Shown: positions 49,072-58,805 of the stretch, piece after piece | How the letters are laid out: the number at the start of each line of letters is the position of its first letter | How positions within the stretch are numbered: position 1 is the stretch's first letter | Notes under the pieces: model-generated | What the model was told of the DNA's origin: nothing | Database searches by the model: none | Seen by the model: the letters and a program-made list of their open reading frames with translations, nothing else | Source: Thermodesulfobacteriota bacterium | GTDB lineage: Bacteria > Desulfobacterota_D > UBA1144 > Nemesobacterales > UBA2774 | Reading direction: 5' to 3' | Length of the DNA: 64,000 nt | Assembly (NCBI GenBank): GCA_963422265.1 | Contig: OY729416.1 | Span: forward strand, 1,440,001 to 1,504,000 | Translations under genes and position numbers: made by a program

Positions 49072-49968
49072 ATGAGAGGGAAAATCGCGGAAAAAATTAC
49101 ACGATTTAGGTATCTTAAACCGCTCTCTTACGCCCTATTGTTCATATTTGCATTTATTGCCTTTCTGTTCGGTACATTTCCTACTGATATCCTTAAAGGG
49201 AGGATTATAAAAGAGATAGTTGTTAATACCCCGTTTGAGGCTGAAATTAAGAGCATAAAGATTTCGCCGCTTCTCAGCGTCCGCTTAGATGGGATCAAAA
49301 TATACAAATCAAAGGATAGCTTCCTAGAAATAAACAGCTTGAGGATAAATCCTTCGCTATTTGAGGCTGTATCGAAGAATCCTAAAATTCCGTTTGAAGT
49401 CGAGTTTCTGGATGGACAAGCTAAAGGCTCAATTAGATTAAATAAGCAAAATGGAAGCCTGCAAGAGGTGGGAGGAGACATAAAGGGGGTAAGCCTTGAC
49501 CCACTACCCGCGCTCTTGTTTCAGAAGGCTGAGGAAGCCTTGTTGCTGCGCGGCTCTCTAGATGGACAGTTCTACGTTAACTTTGATCCTGTGCCGAGCG
49601 GAGATTTTCAGTTTGATGTAAATGGGCTTGAATTGAGCAACGTTGTGGTTAAGCAAATCACTCTTCCGAGTTTTGGAGGTCTTAGCTCATCGCTAGAGGG
49701 TAGCATTGAAGGGCAAACCACCAAGATAAAGGAATTCAGCATTCGTGGAAATGGTTTGGATCTTCAAGTTACCGGTAGCACCCCGCTAGTTTGGGAATTT
49801 TCCAAAGGGGGTATCGTAGATTTAGCGTATCGGGTTAAAATTACAGGTGGCGAATTTGCCCAATACAAGACGCTTCTGTCAGCCTATCTACCTAAGCAGG
49901 GAGATGGAGGCTTGGGCGGGAAAATTCAAGGCACCGTTAACAGTCCAAGGTTTGAAGCGGGTCTGTGA
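49072..49968 (+). CDS. gspN: T2SS protein GspN
   Basis: N-terminal TM plus TFP, beta-rich, ends GTVNSPRF; follows gspLM. Confidence 0.75.
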   Translation: MRGKIAEKITRFRYLKPLSYALLFIFAFIAFLFGTFPTDILKGRIIKEIVVNTPFEAEIKSIKISPLLSVRLDGIKIYKSKDSFLEINSLRINPSLFEAVSKNPKIPFEVEFLDGQAKGSIRLNKQNGSLQEVGGDIKGVSLDPLPALLFQKAEEALLLRGSLDGQFYVNFDPVPSGDFQFDVNGLELSNVVVKQITLPSFGGLSSSLEGSIEGQTTKIKEFSIRGNGLDLQVTGSTPLVWEFSKGGIVDLAYRVKITGGEFAQYKTLLSAYLPKQGDGGLGGKIQGTVNSPRFEAGL

Positions 49969-50458
49969 AGAGAGTCGAGTGTAATTAAAGAGGATCAAAA
50001 GCCCCAGGTAGGTAAGCCGTCACGGCAAGATCCGGGTGCGCCGGTTAAACCAGAGCCGCCGGAGCCAGTAGTAGTTACTGAGTCTTTTCTGCCACTTAAT
50101 ATCATAAAGCCCAACCCCCCTAAAGTGGGTATATTTAGCTATTTTCGCCGCCCTACAAGTGCGGTTCAAGAAATCATTACAAAATTTGAGAACCCGGAGA
50201 GTGATATTGAGAAATAGCTGGGTATCTTTAATAGATTTGCCTACACACAACTTTTTATTACTTGCGTATCTTGTTAAATGACGGCTAAATACGACTAGCG
50301 AAGTATGCGGAGGCGTGAGGTTGGCGTAAAAACTGGTAGTAGAATCGACACCTTTTGTGAATTACCTATCCCCTTTGCGTTTCTTCCCTCCCGTCGTTTC
50401 AGGTTCCCCTCCGAATTTGACACGCTTTTAGGCTGTCGCTATCATCATTGAGGTACTG

Positions 50459-51547
50459 ATGGTTTCCTCCGATAACCTCCGAGAGCTTAGGGAAAGGATA
50501 GATGAGTTAGATCGCGAGATACTGCGGCTATTGAACGAGCGTGCGAGCGTTGCCCTTGGCATCAGAGAGCATAAGCGGGAAAGCCGAGTCTCGGTTTATG
50601 ACCCAGCTAGGGAGAAAGAGGTTGAGAGGGTGTTGGTGGAATTAAATTCGGGACCCTTGCCCGACGATTCTGTTTTGAGCGTTTACAGAGAAATAATTTC
50701 GGCGTGCAGGGCGCTTCAGAGTCCTCTCAGGGTGGCTTATCTTGGTCCTGAGGGGAGCTTTTCTCATCAGGCGGCGTTCAGTGAGTTTGGAAGCTCCTCT
50801 GCGCTTATTCCGTTTCGGGGTTTCGAAGAGGTGTTTGAAGAGGTTGAAAATGCAAGAGCCTCGTTCGGAGTAGTTCCCGTGGAGAACTCGATTGAGGGAT
50901 CCGTGGCGGTCGTGCTTGATTTATTATCGCGTTCCAGTCTTAAGGTGTCCGCCGAGATATTTCTTAAGATAAATCATTTCTTTTTGTGCAAGACTGGAGC
51001 GCTAAGTGACGTTAAGGTGGTCGCCTCTCATCCGCAGGCGATTGCTCAGTGCAGGAGATGGCTGGATAGGAATCTTGGCAGTTCTCGGATTCGTGAGACT
51101 GCCAGCACCGCTGAGGCTGCTAAGCTAGCGTCCAAAGAGAAGGAGATAGCCGCTGTCGCAGGCAGGCATACGGCTTCAATTTATGAGTTAAAGATTGTGG
51201 GAAGTAATATAGAAGACAACAATTGGAACACGACCAGGTTTTTCGTGATTGGCAATGAAGCCGTCCGTCCTACGGGAGAGGACAGGACGTCGATCGTATT
51301 TTCGTTAAAAGACAAGCCAGGGGCGCTCCAGAAGGCGTTTTTCCAGCCCTTTGCGGAGGCAAGGGTGGATCTTACCAAAATAGAGTCGAGACCGTCTAAG
51401 GAAAGACCTTGGGAGTATCTATTTTTTGCCGACTTTAGAGGACACAAAGAGGACGCAACAATTAAACCTCTGCTGTCAAAGCTGAGCAAGAACTGTATTT
51501 ACTTAAAAGTGTTAGGCTCTTATCCAGTGGGGGAGTCTAGGCGTTAA
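50459..51547 (+). CDS. pheA: Chorismate mutase/prephenate dehydratase
   Basis: LRERIDELD, AYLGPEGSFSH, VPVENS, NTTRF, IESRP. Confidence 0.95.
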   Translation: MVSSDNLRELRERIDELDREILRLLNERASVALGIREHKRESRVSVYDPAREKEVERVLVELNSGPLPDDSVLSVYREIISACRALQSPLRVAYLGPEGSFSHQAAFSEFGSSSALIPFRGFEEVFEEVENARASFGVVPVENSIEGSVAVVLDLLSRSSLKVSAEIFLKINHFFLCKTGALSDVKVVASHPQAIAQCRRWLDRNLGSSRIRETASTAEAAKLASKEKEIAAVAGRHTASIYELKIVGSNIEDNNWNTTRFFVIGNEAVRPTGEDRTSIVFSLKDKPGALQKAFFQPFAEARVDLTKIESRPSKERPWEYLFFADFRGHKEDATIKPLLSKLSKNCIYLKVLGSYPVGESRR

Positions 51548-51563
51548 GTTGTTCGCGTAGGGA

Positions 51564-52775
51564 ATGGGTGGAGGTCAATTCATGGCTGATAAACTAACAA
51601 TTAACCCTCAACGCATTAAATGTATGATGGAAATCTTCGGGCTTTCTGAAGGGGATTTGTTAGAACTAGTGAGCACCGGATTAAAGAATAAAATTAGAAA
51701 AGAAGCAGTTTTCACGCCGCATATTAAAAAGAGTCATCTTAAAAAAATTGATGAGGTATTTTCCAAGGGCCTTTCTTTTTATACGGATCCCGAAGAACTA
51801 AGAAAGGAAAGATTATCCAGCGTATTCTTTAGAAAAGATAATTTCAACTCAGATATTGCGTTAGGTGATAGGCAAATTGTCCATAAAATGGAAACAAGGA
51901 TTCATTCCTTATCTGCTCTGTCGAAACTCTCGGGTTATGAAATTGGAAGGAAGCTAAACATATTCTCAGTTACTGATAGTCCGGAAGAAGTTGCTAGTCA
52001 AGTTAGAGAAAACTTACATCCGGATAAACAAATAAATAGAGATAGGGATTTTTTAAGAGCATTAATAGATAAGCTTGCTGAGTATAATATCTTAGTTTTA
52101 GAGTTTGTCGAAAGCTGGAATAGAAAAAACAAATCCAATATAAACGGTTTTTTTATTACTCCTAACAATATTGTTATCAAAAGACAGCAAAACTCTCTCA
52201 AGAGAGAGATATTTACACTAGCGCATGAACTGGGGCATTATCTCTTAAACGATGAGCAGTTAGATAATATACAATTTAACCAACCCCAAGAGAGTAAAAA
52301 CATAGAAAACTGGTGTGATAGCTTCGCCTTTGCCTTTCTAGTTGGATATAGGGAGATAAAAGGCTTAAAATCAATATCTTCTGATGTTAAATATAATGAT
52401 GCGCAAATAGAAGCTATCTCCAAGCAACACCATATCAGTCGTTTGGCCTTGTTTGTCCACTTAGCAATAAATAAACGAATAGCTTGGGAGGGATATAATA
52501 AGCTCAAATCTGATCTTGAAAAGGAATACGACGCCAAGAAGCAAAGGGAAAAAGAAGCGGAGAAACAATTGAATAAAGAACATGGGAAAACAGTAGGATA
52601 CGGTAGTTCTAAACCTATTCCGTCTCCATTGGAAAAGGATATTTATACAACGGCTTATTGTGAAGGGGTTATTGATGAATATGAAGCCTTATCTTACTTC
52701 AACAAAAATATCCCTTCGACAGGCTCAGGACATCCCTCAAAGCAGAAAAGCTTAGACGATTTCCTCTATGAATAA
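51564..52775 (+). CDS. ImmA/IrrE-family metallo-endopeptidase
   Basis: FTLAHELGH, E.WCD.FA..FL; AT-rich. Confidence 0.85.
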   Translation: MGGGQFMADKLTINPQRIKCMMEIFGLSEGDLLELVSTGLKNKIRKEAVFTPHIKKSHLKKIDEVFSKGLSFYTDPEELRKERLSSVFFRKDNFNSDIALGDRQIVHKMETRIHSLSALSKLSGYEIGRKLNIFSVTDSPEEVASQVRENLHPDKQINRDRDFLRALIDKLAEYNILVLEFVESWNRKNKSNINGFFITPNNIVIKRQQNSLKREIFTLAHELGHYLLNDEQLDNIQFNQPQESKNIENWCDSFAFAFLVGYREIKGLKSISSDVKYNDAQIEAISKQHHISRLALFVHLAINKRIAWEGYNKLKSDLEKEYDAKKQREKEAEKQLNKEHGKTVGYGSSKPIPSPLEKDIYTTAYCEGVIDEYEALSYFNKNIPSTGSGHPSKQKSLDDFLYE

Positions 52776-52854
52776 ATATAAGGCAGTAGAAAAAAGGACT
52801 TGAAATTTTATGGTTTCTCGCCACCGGCTTTAGTGGGTAAGGGTGATGGATAAA

Positions 52855-54303
52855 CTATCGTTTTCTTATATAGATTAATTTGTGCTCAGAAGACTGTTCG
52901 TAATTTTGGGCTATTTCTGGATGATTTGTATCAAAAACTGTCCACCTTTTATGTTTGATAATAACTTTAGGCTGGAGTTCCTTAATTATCAGAATTGGAT
53001 CATAATCGTAGTTGCGAAAGCTTTGGTAGGCTTCTAAACATCTCTTCGGTCTTGTGCAAAACCAGAAGAAGTCTGCATCTTTTCTAAAAAGACTGTTTCG
53101 GCTGTCTTCATAAATAGTGTCTTGAGTATCAGAGACGGAGAGGACGTATTGTATCCTCGATATGTTGTCCCTTCTTTTATCTACCTGCTTTGCTAAACCT
53201 TTTCCGTAATAACAAGCGGAGAGCAGAACGAAAATAGTAAGGCAGATCGTTATTCTTGAATTTTTGAAAAGGCTGCGCAGAGCAGCGGAGGCAACCATAA
53301 CAACAAAAGGAGCACTTGGCAGAAACCATTGGGTATAGGGCAATTTGGCAAAGAAAATTGAGACAATAAGCCCAGCTCCCATGAACGCTGCCAGTTTATG
53401 GAGTTTTCCATGTTTGAGAAAGCAGCCCCGGATGAATAGAGCAATGAGCCCAACCGCAATTATTGTCATGAAAACCTTCCTGGACCACCGGGTGAGGGGA
53501 AAATGATTCAGCGGAGAGAAACTTTCCATTATTTTCATATTAACCAGCCAGTTAAAGTCAAAATAGTTGCCCAGTCCACCTGTAATATATAGGAAACTCA
53601 GGTAAGCAGTGGGTAAAATCAGAAAGACTGCCCAGTAGAGAACAAAATCTCCCTTTTTAATTTCCTTGGTAAGCAACAAATACAGTTGGATAATCCCTAG
53701 TAGAAAAACAAAAAAGATCGCTTTTTGAAGGGAAAGAAAAGCAAGAGAAAGCATCAACGCGCTCAAAATAAGACACTTTTTTGTTCTATTTTTCAGATAA
53801 ACTGTTAGTAGATAAAACGAAGTGAGACCAAATAAGGACTGAAGAATATCAGGTCTAATTTCCATTCCTTTTCGAATGTAATAAGGGAACGTGAGAAGTA
53901 GGACTATTGATATTAAAGAGGTCTTTCTATCGTAAACCTTCTTGGTGAGCAAAAATGCTACGACTATAGTTATAGTAAAGATTACAAAGGCAAAGGCTTC
54001 GGCTAAGTAGAGCGAGGAAAGCGTCTCTCCACCAATTTTTACAATAGGAACGAGCAGATAGTAAAACAGCGGGTGGTGATGCTGAAAGAAATCTTTATAT
54101 ATAGCACCCCCATCAAGTATTTTCCAAGCCGTTTGAACACCCTCAATCTCATCTGCATCATGTTTCCAAAAAAAACCACAACAAGCTGCGATAAAACATG
54201 AAAACCCAATTAAAAAGTGATAATATGATAATGATCTAAACGCTTTTTGGCACCATTCTTCCACCTTCATCTGGACTAGCTTGCTCTTCGATATACTCAG
54301 CAT
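52855..54303 (-). CDS. GT-C fold (ArnT/PMT-like) membrane glycosyltransferase; true start probably near 54273
   Basis: HDADE, IYKDFFQHHHPL, EIRPD, many TM helices. Confidence 0.75.
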   Translation of the reverse strand: MLSISKSKLVQMKVEEWCQKAFRSLSYYHFLIGFSCFIAACCGFFWKHDADEIEGVQTAWKILDGGAIYKDFFQHHHPLFYYLLVPIVKIGGETLSSLYLAEAFAFVIFTITIVVAFLLTKKVYDRKTSLISIVLLLTFPYYIRKGMEIRPDILQSLFGLTSFYLLTVYLKNRTKKCLILSALMLSLAFLSLQKAIFFVFLLGIIQLYLLLTKEIKKGDFVLYWAVFLILPTAYLSFLYITGGLGNYFDFNWLVNMKIMESFSPLNHFPLTRWSRKVFMTIIAVGLIALFIRGCFLKHGKLHKLAAFMGAGLIVSIFFAKLPYTQWFLPSAPFVVMVASAALRSLFKNSRITICLTIFVLLSACYYGKGLAKQVDKRRDNISRIQYVLSVSDTQDTIYEDSRNSLFRKDADFFWFCTRPKRCLEAYQSFRNYDYDPILIIKELQPKVIIKHKRWTVFDTNHPEIAQNYEQSSEHKLIYIRKR

Positions 54304-55714
54304 CTTGATTTACCTTCCAAGTGTCATATATTTCTTTCCCAGTGATAATATTCTCAACTGTGAGCATCGCCGTCATCATCGCGTGATCTTGATTGTTGTA
54401 TTTGTGCATTCCGTTCCTCCCAACTAGATAGAGACCGGGATAGTTCTCTGAAATCGAGCGGCGGACAATATCAACGTTTTGGGCGTATTTGTCATCATAT
54501 ACCGGGTAAGCCTTTTTTTGTCTGACTACAAACCCATCCATTAAATCCCCCGGCCGGGCAAGTCCGAGTCTAATCAGTTCGTCCATTGCAAGTTTTGTTA
54601 AATCCTCATCCTTGCTTGTCCAGATGCCATCTCCTTCAAAGCAGAAATACTCCATGCCATAACAGTTTACGCTGGTTTCGGGTACCATTTCAGGGGACCA
54701 AGACTTAAAATTCTGTATCCTGCCAACTTTCACCGTCGGATCGTGAATATATATCCAATTATCATCAAAAATCTTCCTGTCCTTAGTTATGAGACCAACT
54801 ATTAGAAAATCCCTGTAACTCAATGAAGTCGCTGCTTCAACAACGTCCTTAGATGGTTTGGGTTTAATAGAGTTGATAAGCTCTCTAATTGGGGCGGATG
54901 ATATTATAAAATCGGCTTCGTGGTGAGTCTCAGCACCGTCGGCGGCGGAGCGAGAAATAATGCTCCACCTACCCTCAGGTTTGTAGTGCAGACGAACAAC
55001 TCTTTGTCCCATCTTTATTTCTCCGCCCTGTTCTCTAATTTTGCGTCCCGCTGTTTCCCACATCATTCCAGGACCCTTGCGCGGATAGTGAAAAAAATCA
55101 ATCAACGTTTTCACCACTTCTTTGTCAGAAGTGCTACTACGGAAAAGAGCATTCTTCAGCGCAGACCACAACGACAGTCCTTTTATGCGTTGAGCCGCCC
55201 AATCAGCCGAGATTTCCGTGCATTTCATGCCCCAAACCTTCTCCGTGTATGACTTGAAGAAGATTGAAAACAGCCTGTGTCCAAACCTATTTCTCACCCA
55301 CTCCTCAAAGTTTTTGGGATTCTTCACGGGACACGCCGATGCTTTTAGGTATGAAAGGATGCAAAGGCTGGATTCAACAATACCAAGATTTCGAATAGCA
55401 TTCCCAGCTTTCAGTGGATAATCAAAGAATTTCTTCTTGTAGTAGATACGTGATTTTCTTGGTCTTTTAATAAAACCCTCTTCAAGGATTTCATTCCACA
55501 GATTTACGACCTCCTCGGATTTTGAGAAGAAGCGGTGTCCCCCTATGTCGCAAAGAAATCCCTTGTGCGAGACGGTTTTCGATATACCCCCCAAATACTG
55601 TGGATCAGCCTCGAGAACAGTTACGGCAATCCCTTTCTTCGAGAGTAAGTAGGCACCGGTGAGTCCAGCGGGACCCCCACCTATACATAAAACTCGCTTA
55701 TTCGGTAGTGGCAT
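54236..55714 (-). CDS. FAD-dependent oxidoreductase (UDP-galactopyranose mutase/protoporphyrinogen oxidase-like)
   Basis: IGGGPAG, DIGGHRFFSK, YTEKVWG, KAYPVYD, GRNGMHKYNNQDH. Confidence 0.85.
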   Translation of the reverse strand: MPLPNKRVLCIGGGPAGLTGAYLLSKKGIAVTVLEADPQYLGGISKTVSHKGFLCDIGGHRFFSKSEEVVNLWNEILEEGFIKRPRKSRIYYKKKFFDYPLKAGNAIRNLGIVESSLCILSYLKASACPVKNPKNFEEWVRNRFGHRLFSIFFKSYTEKVWGMKCTEISADWAAQRIKGLSLWSALKNALFRSSTSDKEVVKTLIDFFHYPRKGPGMMWETAGRKIREQGGEIKMGQRVVRLHYKPEGRWSIISRSAADGAETHHEADFIISSAPIRELINSIKPKPSKDVVEAATSLSYRDFLIVGLITKDRKIFDDNWIYIHDPTVKVGRIQNFKSWSPEMVPETSVNCYGMEYFCFEGDGIWTSKDEDLTKLAMDELIRLGLARPGDLMDGFVVRQKKAYPVYDDKYAQNVDIVRRSISENYPGLYLVGRNGMHKYNNQDHAMMTAMLTVENIITGKEIYDTWKVNQDAEYIEEQASPDEGGRMVPKSV

Positions 55715-55721
55715 GTTATTC

Positions 55722-56762
55722 TTACGAAAACATTTTCAGCAACCAGATAATACCCATCTTAGCGCTTCTCCTGTGGGCTGACACGTCTTCCCGGTTTATA
55801 GATTCAGCATTGTCAGTATAAAATTCATAAGCTCTGTAAAGCATCTTTTGATTAGTCATTGTTGGCGACCACCCCAGAGCCTTTTTTATTTTTGACGTAT
55901 CGAAAATGAAATCTTCGCTAATCATTTTATACTGATAGGGTCCAAGTGGAGAAAGTCCTAAAAGATAAAGTAGCTTCATCATAAAAATTGTCGGAGTTTT
56001 CGGAAGGCTGGCAATGCGCGACTTTGTTCCGGCTTGGAGAATTAAATGCCCATAAACCTCACGAAGTGAAGGGACGTTATCTGAACCCACGTTGAACACA
56101 TCGGATTTTTTATAATTAATACCTTTCATGCATGCGTCAACTAGGTCACCCGCAAACACGAATTGATAGCGGTTGCCGCCGTCACCGACAACCCATACCT
56201 TGCGCCCTTCTCGCACGAATTCAAACAGTATTCCAAGCAGTCCTATCCTTCCTGCGTCAATTATAGTTGGACACCTCAAAATAACGGAGGCAAAACTTTC
56301 CGAGAAGGACTGGAGAATTTTCTCTCCTTCCCACTTTGATTTTCCATATATCTCAACCGGTTCAGGGAAGTCATCTTCAGTAACCGGTCTGCCAAAGTTC
56401 TTTGCCCACAGACAATTTGAAGACGTATAGACGACGTTTGTAACACCATGTTTATGACACATTCTAGCAACATTCGCCGTTCCATGCACGTTTGATTGCC
56501 AAAGGGCAGTTTTATCCTTGATTTCGTGAGCAAGCATTGCTGCGCAATGAAAAACCCCATCTATCTTCCTTGAACTGAAAATATTATTCAGAGTATCTAT
56601 CTCTCTTATATCACCCTGAACTGACGTGAGGAATTTGTGTGAATCTTCATCCCGCTCAAGGTCAATAGATATGCAAGAAAAACCCTTGTCTAGGAGAGAT
56701 CGTTTTAGAATTCCCCCAAAGAATCCTGCTCCTCCAGTGATTAAAAATGTCCTATTAGTCAA
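55722..56762 (-). CDS. NAD-dependent epimerase/dehydratase
   Basis: TGGAGFFG, YGKSK. Confidence 0.88.
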   Translation of the reverse strand: MTNRTFLITGGAGFFGGILKRSLLDKGFSCISIDLERDEDSHKFLTSVQGDIREIDTLNNIFSSRKIDGVFHCAAMLAHEIKDKTALWQSNVHGTANVARMCHKHGVTNVVYTSSNCLWAKNFGRPVTEDDFPEPVEIYGKSKWEGEKILQSFSESFASVILRCPTIIDAGRIGLLGILFEFVREGRKVWVVGDGGNRYQFVFAGDLVDACMKGINYKKSDVFNVGSDNVPSLREVYGHLILQAGTKSRIASLPKTPTIFMMKLLYLLGLSPLGPYQYKMISEDFIFDTSKIKKALGWSPTMTNQKMLYRAYEFYTDNAESINREDVSAHRRSAKMGIIWLLKMFS

Positions 56763-56763
56763 A

Positions 56764-57231
56764 CTAATAATCCTTGAACGCGTAGTATTTTGTCAGAATA
56801 AAATTTAGCAGGAAACCTGTGCATATGGCAACACATCTTGCGAGGAAAAGTCCTTCAAACGGAGGGAAATTTGAGAAATGTATCTGACTGAATTTAAGAA
56901 CGTCAACCAGCAGAAACATCACGAGCAAATTTACACCAAGAGCAATAACGCTGGACAGGTATTTTCGCCTTAATGCCACAGTCCACGAGTGCTCATGCAG
57001 ACGAAATATAAATTGAAGGCATATAAAGAAGTTTATAGCAGTTCCTACAAGGAACGATACCGACGCTGAAATCATGTGGTGAAGTTTCAGATGTTCCGCT
57101 AGAAAACTGAAGACTGCTAGATCGAAGGCGGCTGCTATTACGCCAACTATCGCATATTGGAAGAGTTGTCGGAACCATACCCTTTCGGGTACTGTTCTAG
57201 TTGAATCGGTGAAACCTTTTATATTGTGCAA
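56764..57231 (-). CDS. GtrA-family lipid-linked sugar flippase
   Basis: YAIVG..AAAFD, NF...FIF, four TMs, ends NFILTKYYAF. Confidence 0.82.
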   Translation of the reverse strand: MHNIKGFTDSTRTVPERVWFRQLFQYAIVGVIAAAFDLAVFSFLAEHLKLHHMISASVSFLVGTAINFFICLQFIFRLHEHSWTVALRRKYLSSVIALGVNLLVMFLLVDVLKFSQIHFSNFPPFEGLFLARCVAICTGFLLNFILTKYYAFKDY

Positions 57232-57289
57232 GACGAAGATTTTAGCTGACTATATCAATCATACAAGGATTGTTCAAGAACTTAAATTT

Positions 57290-58432
57290 CTAAGGGAGAC
57301 CTAGCAGTTTCTTAGCTCTTTCTTCCCAAGTGTAACCTCTAACGTCGGATTGGGCTCTTTCAGATATTGCGCAAGCTAGGGCAGGGTTGTCAAGCACTTC
57401 CCGCAAACCTTCGCATAATGACTCTGCGCTGTCAGGATTGACGAGGACTGCATTCTCCTTATGCCTTAGTATTTCGTGCACAGTAGGGAGCGAGGTAGCC
57501 ACTATAGGGCGTCCCGCCGCCATGTATTCAAACAGCTTTATCGGAGATGTAAATTCAGCGGCTTTTGTCCCACCCTTTATAGTCATACTGGATGTATAAG
57601 GCATTACAAGAATGTCAGAGGCTAGCAGGTAAGTTGGCACAGATTCGTGGGGCACGAAACCTACAAGCTGGATGTTGTCAGCTCGCTTTTTCTGGGCAAT
57701 ATCCCTATATACTTTTACGTCCTCTTCAAGACCGCCAACAATGAGGAAAGTAACTTCCTCTAGCCTTAAGGATGCATCAATAAGGAGTTCAATCCCCCTG
57801 CCTTCGTATATATTCCCAGAGTAACAAACGATTTTCCCATTCAAAGGGAGTCCTAGCTTCTTTCTAGCCTGTTCTTTTGAAGGGGCTTTCTCAAATCCCT
57901 TTAGGTCAACACCATTATGAGCAACTGTTAGCTTGCTAGTGGGAAGCCCATGTCTAAGATAAATATCGGCGAGACCCGCTGAATTGGTGGAAAATCTTAC
58001 TAGGTGCGGGGAGTTCTTGAATGAGTTGAAGAGACGAGAAGCACCTTTGACAAGGGGATGATGAGCGTCATAGACGGTCGGAATCTTAAAGAGCTTAGTA
58101 GCGCAATAGGCGAATACTATATTTCTAGTAACTACAATGTCATACTCTCTCCTCTTAGTTTTTATGAACAGAGACGCGGCAGTTCCATGCGTTACGTTTC
58201 TTAGGAGCGTGTTCGTAAAGTAGGGGAATGAGGTGATTTTGAAGTTAGGCTCAACCCCATAGTATCTGCAAATTTCACCGATTGGTTTATTTGCAGGTAT
58301 AAGGAGCTCCGTATCAACGCCCAACCTTGCCATCGCCTGACACATCTTCATTACGTGTATAGAGCTAGCCCCTCTGGAAAAAAGCTCCGGGCTTGCAACG
58401 TAGATAACTCTTGGCAGTTTGTTACTCGTCAT
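57290..58432 (-). CDS. Glycosyltransferase family 4
   Basis: HVMKMC, HNGVD, SPIKLFEYMAAGRPIV, YTWEERA. Confidence 0.9.
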   Translation of the reverse strand: MTSNKLPRVIYVASPELFSRGASSIHVMKMCQAMARLGVDTELLIPANKPIGEICRYYGVEPNFKITSFPYFTNTLLRNVTHGTAASLFIKTKRREYDIVVTRNIVFAYCATKLFKIPTVYDAHHPLVKGASRLFNSFKNSPHLVRFSTNSAGLADIYLRHGLPTSKLTVAHNGVDLKGFEKAPSKEQARKKLGLPLNGKIVCYSGNIYEGRGIELLIDASLRLEEVTFLIVGGLEEDVKVYRDIAQKKRADNIQLVGFVPHESVPTYLLASDILVMPYTSSMTIKGGTKAAEFTSPIKLFEYMAAGRPIVATSLPTVHEILRHKENAVLVNPDSAESLCEGLREVLDNPALACAISERAQSDVRGYTWEERAKKLLGLP

Positions 58433-58805
58433 CTTGGGGAGCGTTACTCCTTAGAATAATTAGTGGAATATCCCGCAACTAGCGTAGCATGTAAGTAAGT
58501 AAGGGGCTAATAGTGAATAATGATGCAAAGTTATCGGGCGATCCTTGCTAACGGAAGTTACCCTTCGGCAGGCTCAAAGTAGTATTACTCTGGTGTAAAG
58601 AATAAAGCTTGATAAGTGTCTCACTTATGATACACATAGAGTACTTAAATTCATGTCCTCTACAAATCCGAGAATAAATGAGATTTTGATTCTCTCAATT
58701 CTCCATTGGAAAACTATCTATTGAGATATCTATAGCTTTCTATTTCTCTCTTTATAGCTCTGACGTCTTCAACTGATAAGTCTTCTTTGAATAGGTTGTG
58801 CGAAT

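Noticed and set aside
49966-50010. Selenocysteine recoding of the gspN TGA
   Set aside because: No SECIS-like hairpin directly downstream and no redox-motif context
50020-50250. 76-aa minus-strand ORF between gspN and pheA
   Set aside because: No motif recognised; the plus-strand in-frame gspN extension explains the region better
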